In this document: positions 48,761-61,304 of the stretch, piece by piece
Layout of the letters: the number at the start of each line of letters is the position of its first letter
Position numbering within the stretch: position 1 is the first letter of the stretch
Source: Podarcis tiliguerta
Taxonomy: Eukaryota
Reading direction: 5' to 3' (one strand)
Length of the DNA stretch: 64,000 bases
Assembly (NCBI GenBank): GCA_965153285.1
Contig: OZ229115.1
Translations under genes and position numbers: made by a program
Notes under the pieces: generated by a model
Seen by the model: only the letters and a program-made list of their open reading frames with translations
What the model was told of the DNA's origin: nothing
Database searches by the model: none

Positions 48761-48907
48761 CCTCCAAAATAATAAAAAAGATCAGCTTCGATTTTCAAAA
48801 GGAACGTCTTTGTATGAATTCCTTTAAAAGTGATAAAAGTATTCGAAATATAAAATGGACTATTGTCAGAAATTTGTAAGAGGCAACAAAAAATAATCCG
48901 TATAATG

Positions 48908-49313
48908 CACACTCTCCAACATTGCTCCGTTGAAAATAGGGAGGTTCTATCCCGTAATAATAATATTTATACCCCGCCCATCCGACTGGGTTGCCCCAAC
49001 CACTCTGGGCGGCTTCCAACATACTAATAAAACATTTAACATTAAGAAAATTTCATTATAAAGGGCTGCCTCCAGATGTCTTCTAAAGGTTGTATAGTTA
49101 CTTATCTCCTTGGCTCAGGAGTTGCATAACACTATACCGGCCAACATTTCTCCAATGAAAATAGGGGTGTCCTACCATACCCTCCAACATTTATCCAATA
49201 AAAATAGGGACGTCCTAAGGAAAAGCAGGACATTCCAGGATCAAATTAGAAACTGGGACGGCTTCTGTAAATCCAGGACTGTCCCTGGAAAATAGGGCCA
49301 CTTGGAGGATCTG
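48908..49313. mobile_element. Composite probable hAT-type element containing an L2 3' end
   Basis: Ends cacactctccaa / ttggaggatctg; three ccaacatt..aaaataggg direct repeats; L2 tail at ~48955-49130. Confidence 0.6.
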
Positions 49314-50056
49314 CATAACTGTGCCCCTCAAAAGTTAGTACTGAGCCCTTCTGAGGTCTGTGCCCAAGGCTGATGCCTAGTTAGCCTTAATGATGGTACT
49401 GGCTGTGACATCCAGGTTATAGCACACAGACTGTTCCCTGCCCTGCTGCTTCCCTAGTTAGGTGCTTTGGGGTTCTTGTTTTTAATTAGAGGGGGCATTC
49501 CAAACGTTGAGTGGTAAAATCCACGCTACGACCACCTTAAACTCGGCCGCCTCGTTTTATCTGAGCACAGTCAGGGACTGCGATAATGCCTCAAGGTGAA
49601 GGCAGGCAGCCTTTTTCAACCAAGCCCTTGGCCAAATTTCAGAACAGGAAGTACAGGTTCTAGCCATTTTTGAAGGGTAATGCATCCGTTGGTCTTTTTT
49701 TAAAGACAGAAGCTAGTAATCTTCCATTTCAGAAAGAAAGGTCACTCTACACATGCTTAGAAACACTCGGTCTGGAATAGGTTCCAGTAAAAGTTGCGAA
49801 GCTCAAGGAGGAAGGAGATGGCCAGGAATTTTTTGTAGCTGCTGGAGCAAAGTGAAGAAACAAAAATGTTGGCTGCTAATTGTTGTTTTGAGTGTGGAAG
49901 TCACACTACCTTAAGTGAAATCTAAAATTCAGTGCACTGAGTGCATTGCTTAAGATAAGCAGGGTCCCTGTTCAAAGTGGCTTCTCATCTAATAGCCTTA
50001 ATAACAGGGATGAAGTCCCACTTTGAAAAAAGCTCCATCATTGTATACCTTATAAA

Positions 50057-50406
50057 AGTAAAAGTAAAGGGGACCCCTGACTTTTAGGTCCAGCCGTGGA
50101 CGACTCTGGGGTTGCGGCGCTCATCTCGCTTTACTGGCCAAGGGAGCCGGCGTACAGCTTCAGGGTCATGTGGCCAGAATGACTAAGCTGCATCTGGCAA
50201 ACCAGAGCAGCGCACAGAGCAACACCATTTACCTTCCTACCTGTTTATCTACTTGCACTTTGACGTGCTTTCGAACTGCTAGGTTGGCAGGAGCAGGGAC
50301 TGAGCAACAGCAGCTCACCCCGTTGCTGGGATTCGAACCGCCGACCTTCTGATCAGCAAGCCCTAGGCTCTGTGGTTTAGACCACAGCGCCACCCACGTC
50401 CCACCC
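50057..50406 (-). mobile_element. Sauria SINE with 12-bp TSD ATACCTTATAAA
   Basis: TSD at 50045-50056 and 50407-50418. Confidence 0.93.
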
Positions 50407-52067
50407 ATACCTTATAAACCACCACCCAAATTACTATAGTTTGCTTTTGATTGCAGTGAAACATTGTTATTCCAGGAATAACTGTTTGAGAGAAAGTAGA
50501 CCCTCCTGCCTTCCCCTGTTTAACATTTGTACTTGTGAATGAGGATTGTAGGAGTGCACACTTTTTGGTTTGCACTCATTATACTTCCAGGTCTGGCCAG
50601 TTCTTCTGTTCAAGGAATGAACAGAATAGGAAGTGGTTTCTTTATGCTACTCCCTACACATCTGCACCATTTTAGTAATGTCGAATGCAGCCCATCTTCC
50701 TTTTGTCCAGTGGGGGGAACATGAGTAGGACCACTGATTGAATGCATGGAATGACTTGGTGGCTCATGAGAACAGCATAACTGTTCGTGTGAATGTAACC
50801 TCATTCTGTAAACCTCAAAACATTCAGTTCCACAGAAGTCAGATTCAAGGTGCTCCAGGGCGAGATACTGTATAGTAATGAGTGAATAAAAGGCCTCTCC
50901 AGATGTGATGCGTTCTTGATACAATAATAGCACATTAGTGGTGGGTTTATTCTGCTTTATTAGTTGTTCTGTGATGCTTCCCCAATTTTATGTTTTCACT
51001 GTCTGAAAAGACTGTTGTGCAATGAAAGCGGGACAACACACCCACAGCACATTTGTAGTATGAAAAATTACAGGATTTCAGCATTAAAAGTTACAGGATA
51101 TCAACTGATTGGAAGTGAAGCAGTTTGATAACTTGAAAACTTTGCATTTGCACAACCATCCTGTGCAATGGTTAGTCTAAGAAATAGCAACTGATGCTAG
51201 GTCTCTAATGAACTTCATGGTTGCATGGGGATTTGAATCTTTTGTCTGCACACGCCCAGTTTTAAAGATTGGTCTTGAGGGTGGTATTGGTCATTCATTT
51301 TTATGGCCTGTGTTCTCAATTTTATTTCTGGTTTAGGCAACTTATCTGAAATAATTTATTGTGGATTTATAAGGATTTTTATACCCTTCATGGACACTCT
51401 TAAATCTTGTCACAAACCCTTATCCCCAAATGCTCAGTTTATCTACATGTGGTACACGCTAGGGGAACTGTAACATCTAATACAAAAGTAAGTAAAAACA
51501 AATCAAAACTGGCATTGTATGAGCTACACAGGCACAGTTAGCACCCCTATGGTTTTTTTGCTTTTAACCACAGGAAACACAAAGCGTGAAGATCAGAAAT
51601 AATGCTTTTAACTGTTAGTGGGAATTCTTTGCATTACACTTCTTCGGGGGAGGGGGGCGTGTTATCAAAATACTAAGTAGTATGGATTGTCTCATACAGG
51701 TGAGTTGATGGGCACTTCCATTTTCTTAAAACAAAAAAGGAACAGTGTAGTAGTGAGATTCTTTAATGAGCAAATTAGAAAATACCGTAATTAGGAGCCA
51801 TGTGAACAGACTGGTAATTAAGTAGAACGTGCTTAGGTGCTGTATCTTAAAACAGCCATATTAAAACAGCCCATTAGGAATGACCATGCCTTGAATTAAC
51901 CTCGTTTGTTACGATACTGCCCTGGCATTGACTTAAATGTAGAGGAATGTATCCTGGGCCTATTGTGACCTTCTGAAGAGAAGTGGGACACTTGTAGCTC
52001 CAGAAATCTGAGATACCAGAGGGCAATATGAACACTGGAAAGGGTTGGCAAACCATAGGACAAATCA

Positions 52068-52070
<3 letters not shown>

Positions 52071-52117
<47 letters not shown>
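52071..52117. repeat. (AT)n microsatellite
   Basis: Direct reading. Confidence 0.95.
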
Positions 52118-52118
<1 letters not shown>

Positions 52119-52550
52119 CGAAACTTTGGGTTGTGCCCAATGTTGGTCCTACTTAGAGTAGACCCATTGAAAATAGCAGACATGACTACCTTAGGTCCAT
52201 TAAATTCTAAACTGCAGAGGTAGCACCAGAAATATATATTGGAGGGGGTGGGGCTGCGGAAAAGGTAAAGCGCATTTATGGGGAAGCAAGTTTTGTTTCC
52301 CTTGTTGGATTTCTGAAAGAAAAATAGCGAGATTTGTCTGAAGAAAGTTCTGTTGGCTTTTGTGCAGTTGACTTTCAAGCAGCAGCGTAGAGGTAAATCC
52401 TGGAACACCGACTCTTCTTGAGAACCCCTGTAGCTATTCAAAAGGGAAGGGAAGGGAAGGGAAGGTGTAGCCAATGTAGACTGCAGTTGGCAAGGGGAAA
52501 GCAAAAGCAACTTGTCTGCCCAGCACCACCTCTGGCAAACTGGTAGAAAA

Positions 52551-52829
52551 TAAAGTGGTGCCTTGCAAGACGAAATTAATTCGTTCTGCGACTTTTTTCG
52601 TTCTGCGAGTTTTTTCGTCTTGCGAAGCACGGTTTCCCATAGGAAATGCATTGACGGTTTCCCATAGGAATGCATTGACAGTTTTAAGAAAAAGGCACAA
52701 GACGTTTTCGTCTTGCAAAGCAAGCCCATAGGGAAATTCGTCTTGCGAAGCAACTCAAAAAACAAAAAACTCTTTCGTCTTGCGAGTTTTTCGTCTTGCG
52801 AGGCATTCGTCTTGCAAGGTACCACTGTC
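52551..52829. mobile_element. Tigger/pogo-like MITE family C
   Basis: AGTGGTGCCTTGCAAGACGAA ... TTCGTCTTGCAAGGTACCACT; many internal ttcgtcttgcga repeats. Confidence 0.88.
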
Positions 52830-53373
52830 TATTGAAAGGGAAATCCTCTCAAACGACATTTTTACAAGAAAAACATCTTCAGCCTTATCAGTGACATCTT
52901 TTCATTGCTAGACGTCCATAAGTGAAAACATAGTTCTCAGATAATTTTCTCCAAACTGTTGCTAGTCTGAGGAAAGATGCCACCTCGCTTACTTTGTGCA
53001 GTTAAACGAGGGGTAGATTGCAACATAGGAAAACAAATGATAGGTAGGTTGAGTCATAACAGAAACTTATGAACTACTCAAGCATGAGTAGATAATTAGA
53101 TGATGATGAGTCAATAGCTAAAATTAAGTTGTGTGATTTGCTCCAGTGGGGCATATCTGGGTCATTTGGCTTAATGGTTCAAGTAAATATGCCCATCCCC
53201 CATCCTGAACTCTTATGACTGGCTGTCCTCTCTTCAAGGCAACTCACATATTTCCAACAAGCTCAATGTGTGCCACAATTTGGCCTAGTTGTAGCTGTGC
53301 CGCAAAATTCAAACCAATCCATCACCCAACCACTTTCCAAGTCCCTTGTTTTGCCTTGCTGGATATCTTAGGA

Positions 53374-53626
53374 CAGGGGTCAGCAAACTTTTTCAGCAGG
53401 GCTGGTCCACTGTCCCTCAGACCTTGTGGGGGCCCGGACTATATTTTGGAGGGGGGGGGGATGAATGAATTCTTATGCCCTACAAATAACCCAGAGATGC
53501 ATTTTAAATAAAAGGACACATTCTACTCAGAATTCATTCTACACATATTCCTGGACCGTCCACGGGCCAGATTTAGAAGGCGATTGGGCCGGATCAGGCC
53601 CCCGGGCTTGAGTTTGCCTACCCGTC
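53374..53626 (+). mobile_element. hAT (Charlie-like) MITE with 8-bp TSD TCTTAGGA
   Basis: CAGGGGTCAGCAAACT ... AGTTTGCCTACCCGTC; TSD at 53366-53373 and 53627-53634. Confidence 0.92.
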
Positions 53627-53629
53627 TCT

Positions 53630-53931
53630 TAGGAGAAGAAAAGGCTAAGAAGCAAACCCTACACAAATCCAGAGTGGAGTCCCCAAGACAGCTGGATGGC
53701 GCCCTGTTCACCTCCTTCTAGCAAATGCTGCAACCCAGGACCCTCTGATATCCTTTGAATGACATTAGCGAGGCCAAGATGTGGGTATTGTTTTCTGGGC
53801 AGCCCAGGACCTCATACACACTGCCCAGGCTTGTGCCTAGGAGAGATCACGATGTGCTGCTAACACAGCAGTTTGACTTCACTCCCGGAAGAGCACTCCA
53901 TTGTATCTTGAGGCAAACGGATGCCAACAAA
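53630..53931 (+). mobile_element. Old non-LTR (SINE/LINE) 3' fragment, family uncertain
   Basis: Ends gtttgacttcactcccggaagagcactccattg..acggatgccaacaa, a repeat end I recognise from squamates but cannot name securely. Confidence 0.4.
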
Positions 53932-56900
53932 TGTTCTTATAGGCTTTCTTCTTGAAACCAAACCCACTTCTTCTGTGGTCATTGGTTCATTCCCTTAATC
54001 CACATTCTGAAGAGCTACTATATTTGCTTATTTCCATTCATCCTTACCAGTGTCATTACTTTTCTTCCTTTCCCCCCTCCCAATCATCTATTAGATGTTA
54101 AGCTCCTTGGGGGACAGGAACCAGGGGCATTGTTGGGGGTTGCCCAATGGGGCCCAAGCCCAAAGTCTTTTGTTCTGGACCCCAGATCTTAAGTCTTTTC
54201 CTCCCCCTTTTCAGCCACTGCTTACAAGGTGGCTGGGCACACTACAAAGCACCATGCCAAAGAGATGCCAGCCACCTGAATCTTCCCAGAGGCAAAACTT
54301 TGTCCCGTGCCATCCCAGATCTTTTAAATACCTAGCAGCACCCCGGTAGAAACCCATGTAACTGTACGGTGCCACTATATAGGCTTGTACGGATAAACCA
54401 TAATCATAAAACAAAGCAAGACAAATCATGTTTTTAAAGAGAATAAATAAAAGATGCAGCGAGAGAGAGAGAGAGAGAAGTGAATGGTAAAAAAGAATCA
54501 TGAGTCTTGTGTGTAATTTACCACCCTTTAAAAAAGAAAGTTGCATTTTTGTACAGCATCTCCATGGAGGACTGGATCAAATCTCATAAAGTAAGGAATG
54601 TGAAAACAAGGACGTTGTTAACTTGGGAGGAAGACCTCTAAGAAAAACAACACATTGTGCAGACTAATTAAAGGAAATATGCATGGGGAAGCTAATCCCT
54701 TGGAAACATGCCACAGATACAAGCACACCTACACTGGAAGAATATTTTGTTAAAATAAGAAAAGATCAGAAAAATCAGTACCACAACAATACTTCTGTAA
54801 AATAGGAAAAAAGGAGAATAACTGAAGCCCCTGATGTGACATTGTAGAAGTGCATTAAAAAAAAATGTGTTAGCTGTGTCAATTCTAAAGAGGGGCGGTC
54901 TCCCTTTGGTCTTCAAAGGGTTCTTAAACAAGGGGTCTTTGCTCACACAACCTCTCTCTTGCTACTAGACGGAGGGAGCAAGAGTGTTTTCCTCCTCCCT
55001 GCTGCTGAGGCTGGCGGGTTGTGCTCCATCTTCATTTCTTGTCCCTCACCTTTCTGCTTGAACCGTTTTCTTCTGGGACCGAACAAACTGGCTGCTCTAG
55101 CCCCTTGCAAACGAAAACTCTGGAAAGTTCTGGCACATCTGAACGTTGGCAGCTTTTCAGGGGCAAGTTATCACCAGGATACACGCTGATTATTCATTCT
55201 GTGAGGCTGCCATTATTTGGCAACCTTTTGTTTACAGTGGAACATTGCTCAGGAGCGCAGGCGATGCGGACAGCGCCTGTTGTTTGCAGAGAAAAGGAAG
55301 CAGGCCACCTCAAGCCTTCCCCATGCTAGGAGGAAAAATGAGGGGTGTGGGGTCCCATGCTTCTTTTCAGTCCTTCTTCACAACCCATATAGCACACCAT
55401 TAAAACAGATAAAAGTGGCATACAGTAGAAAGGTACCATTTTACGCGGAGAGGGGAGCTGAAAATGAACCTCATCTACCCATAACAATCGGATGATTCAT
55501 AACAAGGGAATCTCAAAATCCTGATGATACAATTTAAGTATGCTTCCTGCTGATAAGATATAATTCTCTGAGAATCAAGGAACTGGAAGTACCTTGTTTA
55601 TGTGCCTGGATATTGCTGTCATTACTGGATTAGAAGCCTGCTCTGATGAAATTATACTGTTTTTGCTGCTTTATTTCTTTGTTTCATGTTGGCGTTTGAA
55701 GGATTTAATAGTGTAACCCGCTCTGCAATGCCATTTTGGTCGTGAATAATGGCCTGCAAATATTTTAAATAAATAAAATGTACAGAACAACCGCTGAAAG
55801 TGGAAAAAATATATAGCTTCTTCCTCCTTTCCTTAGATCTAGCAGTACTCCCAGGTTTCTCAAGCAAAAGCGCACACACAACACTCGCTTTGAAATGCAC
55901 AATCCCTTTTTAAACTGTTCTTTTAACAGTGGTTCGCATATGGAGCATGACATCAGCTGTCATGCTTTGTAATTGCCATGTTTGATGTAGATGTATGGAT
56001 GAGGAGTTCAGAGGCCAAAATGTCAATCGCAACATTGGATTAGCATAATCGGCGCACATTTCTTGCTATGATTTGCTTATAGCTTTGTGCCAGAAAGCAG
56101 GGATTTGCATGTGGTATGGTTAGAAGAAATCTCCCCAGGAGATGATGGAAATCCCCAGTTGCCGAGGCAAAGTTCAGGAAAATGCATTAATGAGGAGCAG
56201 GCAATTATAGATCAGTAAGTAAATAGATCACAGTGGTTTGGCTGGCAAACGACGTCCAGTATAAGCCATGCATGTTTTTGCAGTGCTGCCAAAGACACAG
56301 AATGTGTCCAGTGCTGTTGACACCCTTAGAATCTGTTCTGGGGGTTTGGTGGACCCTCCAGAAAAGATTTTGGGAGTGCATGGGGGGGTGCAGGGGAGAG
56401 GAGAGGAAGGTGAAGTTCTATTGTGCTAAGCGGAAGCGTACTCTTGCAATACTGTATCCTGTCCCATAAGCTATGGTACCCATATATCTGATTCTTCATT
56501 ATTAGGAAATTTTTATCTGATAATCAAAATGTATATAAAATACATAGGCTAGGGGCCAAAGATGTCTGTGCATAAGTGCAAAGATATTATGCAAATGTAT
56601 GGGGAGACAGCTAATCTAACTGACTGTCAGTAACCACTAATCCTTTGTTGAATTTTTGATTTAATTTTTATACCCCGTCCTGTATTGTAGATCTCAGATC
56701 AAGAAACCAAATAAAGTGAGTGCCACTCTGGGGTAAGAATAGCCAGATCAGTCAAATTATAGTCTGCGTCACTTTCATATGGACTCACCCATAAGTCTGT
56801 TCCACTGCACTTTCATATTAATTTGCAAAATAATAATAGAATCATAGAATTGTAGAGTTGGAAGGGGTCCTTCAGGGGTCATCTAGTCCAACCCCCTGCA

Positions 56901-56980
56901 ATGCAGGAAAAGGAGTAGTGTGCCTGAAGATTCATATGTAGATGCATATTTGTAAACATGTTTCCTCTACCAAATATATA

Positions 56981-57333
56981 TACAGTGGTGCCTCGCAAGA
57001 CGAAAAGAATCCGTTCCGTGAGTCTCTTCGTCTAGCGGTTTTTTCGTCTTGCGAAGCAAGCCCATTAGCGGATTAGCGCTATTAGCGGTTTAGCGGCTAT
57101 TAAAGGCTTAAGGGATTAGCGGATTAGCTGCTAAAAGGCTATTAGCAGCTTAGTGCCTTAGAAAAAGGGGGTGAGGAGCGAAAAAAAACCCACAGGAATC
57201 GCAAGACATTTTCGTCTTGCGAAGCAAGCCCATAGATAAATTTGTCCTGCGAAGCGCATTGAAAAACGGAAAACCCTTTCGTCTAGCGGGTTTTCCATCT
57301 TGCGAGGCATTCGTCTTGCGGGGCACCACTGTA
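56981..57333. mobile_element. MITE family C variant with an internal (ATTAGCGG)-like repeat
   Basis: TA-CAGTGGTGCCTCGCAAGACGAA ... TTCGTCTTGCGGGGCACCACTG-TA. Confidence 0.92.
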
Positions 57334-58163
57334 TTTCATTTATGTTTCCTCTGTGACTGTTCTTCCTTTTTACCCTCTCTGCCTAAACTAAGGGGCACAG
57401 GATTGGCAAGCCATTCCACCAACATAGCAGTGCTATCTCTCTGAACTGGTGAACGCTAAGTATAAGATTGCTCAACCCACAATCCCCTGGACTTTGTTCA
57501 GTGTTTCTGATGCAGATTTCAGCTTTAAAGAAGTATCAAAATGCATTCAGAAACGTTGGGTGGCAGTGACGTAGTTCCAAACCTCTAATGAACAATAAAT
57601 ATAGAATTGCTTGTTTCATTATTGCATAGAATGTGGACGTGTGTTTCAACCTGGACATCAGCTTATCACTGATCTTAATTATTGTTCAGTTGTTTTTAGC
57701 TTTTTTTATTACTGCCTTGACATTTTATTACCATCAAGCTGTATATAAATCTTGTGAAATACAGATAAATTTCAATTTCTTACCCATCATTCAATGTGCA
57801 AAAAAGCTCATAATGAAGGGGACAGACTCACTTCTGTGGGGAACAAATTTAATAACTATAGGGCTTCCACCTCCATTCACAACTAATTTAGTGGTGGAAC
57901 TACCAATTGGGCCCACTCACCCAAGAAGGCTTGTAGCAAATGAGTTGATCTTTCGGATATCTGGGCCCTACATTGTTAAAATCAATGCTGAGATTAACGC
58001 ACATAACATTTTAAAATACTCATGATGAAAAAATATCCCTGTTTTTCTTTAAAGTTAATAATCAAACCTTTGTAATAATTAAAGGAAAGTTTCCTTAAGA
58101 TAGAAAGTTTCACTATAAAATGTCATTTCTCAGGCAGCCGCAATAAATTATTGTGTTAAGCAT

Positions 58164-58180
58164 GAGCGCCACCTAGTGGT
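58164..58180 (-). promoter_or_regulatory. CTCF core motif (ACCACTAGGTGGCGCTC)
   Basis: Near-perfect match to the CTCF consensus CCASYAGRKGGCRS, in unique AT-rich DNA between DR1 and FNBP1L. Confidence 0.7.
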
Positions 58181-59134
58181 ACCTAGTGGGGCAACATTCT
58201 TACAGCTGTCCACCCACCCACACTCCCAAACATAACTAATTTTTCTTGCATGAGTAGATGACAGTAGTTATGAGTTAGTCTCTGGGGAGATTGGAGGCTC
58301 AGTTGTAACAACCAGTCACCATTGCTGTGCAGCAGATCCTGTAACTTAAACCTTTGCAGCAACAACACTGGGCCACTAGCTTTCCAGTGTTCGGCGGGAA
58401 CTAATTGCACCCAAGACATCCACAAAACGACCCCAAACAATTTCGTCCTCCAGGAAGCTTGCGTGAGTCAAGATACTTCATGAAAGCATTTGCTCTTTTC
58501 AACAGACATACTTGAGCATTTCCCTCCAGAAAACTGCTAATCAAGTACTTGCAGCTCACTGAGTAGCACAGTGTTATTTGTACATTAATTATAGCAATGA
58601 ACCTACAGCATGACGTTGTGGAATTAAATTTATGTATAGCAGTTGTTGCAGGCAATTGCTCAAAGCAGGAAAGAAACGTACGGCCCTAGTTTTACACTTA
58701 CTTTCTAGTTCATTGCTTTTGAAAACACAGGCTGATCACTAGGTGGAGCTTCTTCGCTGATTACTTTTAAAAGAAACAAGACGGGGGAGGAGACACAGAA
58801 GAAGTCAGTTAATAACATGTACCATATATCGAAGAACTACCGGTAAATAAATTTAAATTTTATTTATGTTTAAATGCATGGATTTGAGTGTGATTTTCCT
58901 TGAGCCACTCTTGAGAAGCTGAAAGCAGGGCAGGGGCTGCTTAACTCTTCCCCACCCCTCTTGCTGTTTCTGTGCTGAAAATTATATACCCACCCTTACG
59001 CATAAAACAGCTGCTTTCTGCAAAGGAGATAAAGGAAGTCCACAACATGTCTCTCTTGGTTCTTTGTGGTGAAATTTGCGCTGCAGAACACACAGCATTC
59101 CTTTGGTACAAATTTCTGGTCTTGCTAAGATTAC

Positions 59135-59361
59135 TACAGTGGTACCTCGGGTTACATACGCTTCAGGTTACATACGCTTCAGGTTACACACTCTGCTAAC
59201 CCAGAAATAGTGCTTCAAGATAAGAACAGAAATTGGGCTCCGGCGGCACGGCAGCAGCGGGAGGCCCCATTAGCTAAAGTGGTGCTTCAGGTTAAGAACA
59301 GTTTCAGGTTAAGAACAGACCTCTGGAACGAATTAAGTACTTAACTCGAGGTATCACTGTA
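59135..59361 (+). mobile_element. MITE family B
   Basis: TIRs and TA TSD. Confidence 0.92.
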
Positions 59362-61298
59362 TTCTACTTCAGGAGAAATGGGGTCCACCACTGCAGGAGA
59401 CAGAAAGCTAGATTGACCCAGCAAGGAATTTTTTATATTAAGTAAAAAAAATTCTGATCCTTGCTTCTGCCTGTCTGTCTCTCTACAAACTACCCCTGGC
59501 TCAAGGCTTGGGGAGGGAACAGAAGGAAAACAAAGCAAATTAAATTGAGAAGTCATCTCATCTGATTTGGGGATAAAGCTTTTTGTGGTTGTTAAAAGGC
59601 TGCTTGCTTGGTAATGCACATATTCCTACATTAAGCAGAGAAAATGCCCTCCTGTGTGAAAACAGGACAAGGGCTGGAATCCAAAGAGCGACTTCAGGCA
59701 CACCCAAGGATTTCGGCACACCCAGTGGGATTGTTGCTGAGTTGTTTTTATTGCTTTCTTTGAACAGGAGCCTCCCATTGAAGACAAAAAGGAAACCGCT
59801 TCTGAAAGTCCTGAGTTTGCCATGTGGCAGGGAGAGGTTCTGTTTGCGGATGGTGAGTCCAAAGGCCTCTCTGAGCACAGAGGAAGTACTTGCGCAGCAT
59901 TTTGGAACCCAGCCAAGGTCTTCTCCTATGCAAGGCAGCATCATGCTTCCACACCTTCCCAGGCCCCAAGTTCTCATTTCAAAGCATGCTTGGGAACATT
60001 TAATTATGCCATCACCACCCTGGGACTGATCTTGCATTAACCTTTGCCTAGTGCACTGCAGCCAGAAAAGCTGTTATACATGCCAAGCAGCAAATATTAA
60101 ATGCACACCCAACTCAATTTATTAATAAACTGCTTTGGAGATGGATGTGGAAACAGCTACTAACCTGAGCCCAAACCACACAATAGCATTACTGCAATTA
60201 TCACTAACATTACTTAAGATGAAGGTTGGGAGTACTGTAGGAAAATAACTTCAGGATATTTTATAATTTCTTACTTTGCGATTTCTGGGCCGTGCAGGTC
60301 TTTCTGTGCTCTTAGCATACTTCTAGTTCTTTTTCCAGTCGCAAGCATTGGAATTTCGCAACCAAAAATGCCCGTTTCCATACGTTCAACTCCAGAAGCT
60401 GAGAAATTTTTTAAAGCAGCGCAAATTAATACCAGAAAGGAAATTTTAAATAGGGGATCCAAAGAGAACATTTGCACACAAAACTTAAGGAGCTGATTAC
60501 TTTGGCGGAAACTGGAGATTTTCCAACTCTTGACATTGTCTTGCTTCTATTGAAATTTTCTTTTAATGCAAGACTATACAAAAGCTGATATACTTGTTGA
60601 ATTATTCACAAATCCGGTATTTATTTGACATAATGTTGTATTTAAGAGAAAACCATTGAAACTGACATGAAAAAAGTGATCTATCTTGCATTCTATACGC
60701 AATGAATTTAATCCTGCTTGAGATGAAAATACAGCACGTACATATTTCTGCATACCAGAAATTTATTGTGGAGAAAACTGGAAGCTCCCATCGGGGAAGT
60801 CTCCATATATGTACTGGATTTTTGGATCATAGCCAGTAAGTCACATCAATAACACTTTCTCAAAATATCTAAATAGTCATCTCAAAATATAGAAGTAAAT
60901 TAATGTGGTTCCTTAAACAAATTAAAAAGTACTTACTTGGACAGATTTGTTTTGGAAAAAACAGCACTCTCCTAACCATGTCTTCTTGGAAGTCCTGTTG
61001 GGGCTGACACCCAGGTAAGTGGTAGTCCAAAACATGCTGAAATGGTACAGGATCTACGAGCAAACTGTACGTGATGCGACTAGACAGAATACGTTCTGTC
61101 CCTGGAAGAAAATCATGCAAATTGAAAAGAACCAGCCCTAACACGAAGGACGATTATAGGCATCTCTTTGGTGAGAACATCTTGATCCCGTGAAGTTTGC
61201 AAAGTTGGTTCATGGCAGAAGAAAATTAAGTTTCTCTATTATATGACAAACCGTGAAAGTTTGATATTGAAACATGGAATATAAAAACACATTTGAAT

Positions 61299-61304
61299 TT
61301 TATT
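61299..61304 (-). terminator. Candidate distal DR1 poly(A) signal AATAAA
   Basis: Minus strand AATAAAattcaaatgtgtttttat, i.e. a signal followed by a GU/U-rich tract. Confidence 0.5.

Noticed and set aside
47311-48827. ORFs of 190-314 aa across the CpG island
   Set aside because: Low-complexity GC-driven frames with mostly non-ATG starts; only the frame continuous with the FNBP1L ATG was kept as a candidate.
51896-52825. 309-aa minus-strand ORF
   Set aside because: Reads through a MITE, a (GGGAA)n run and an (AT)n microsatellite; no protein-like composition.
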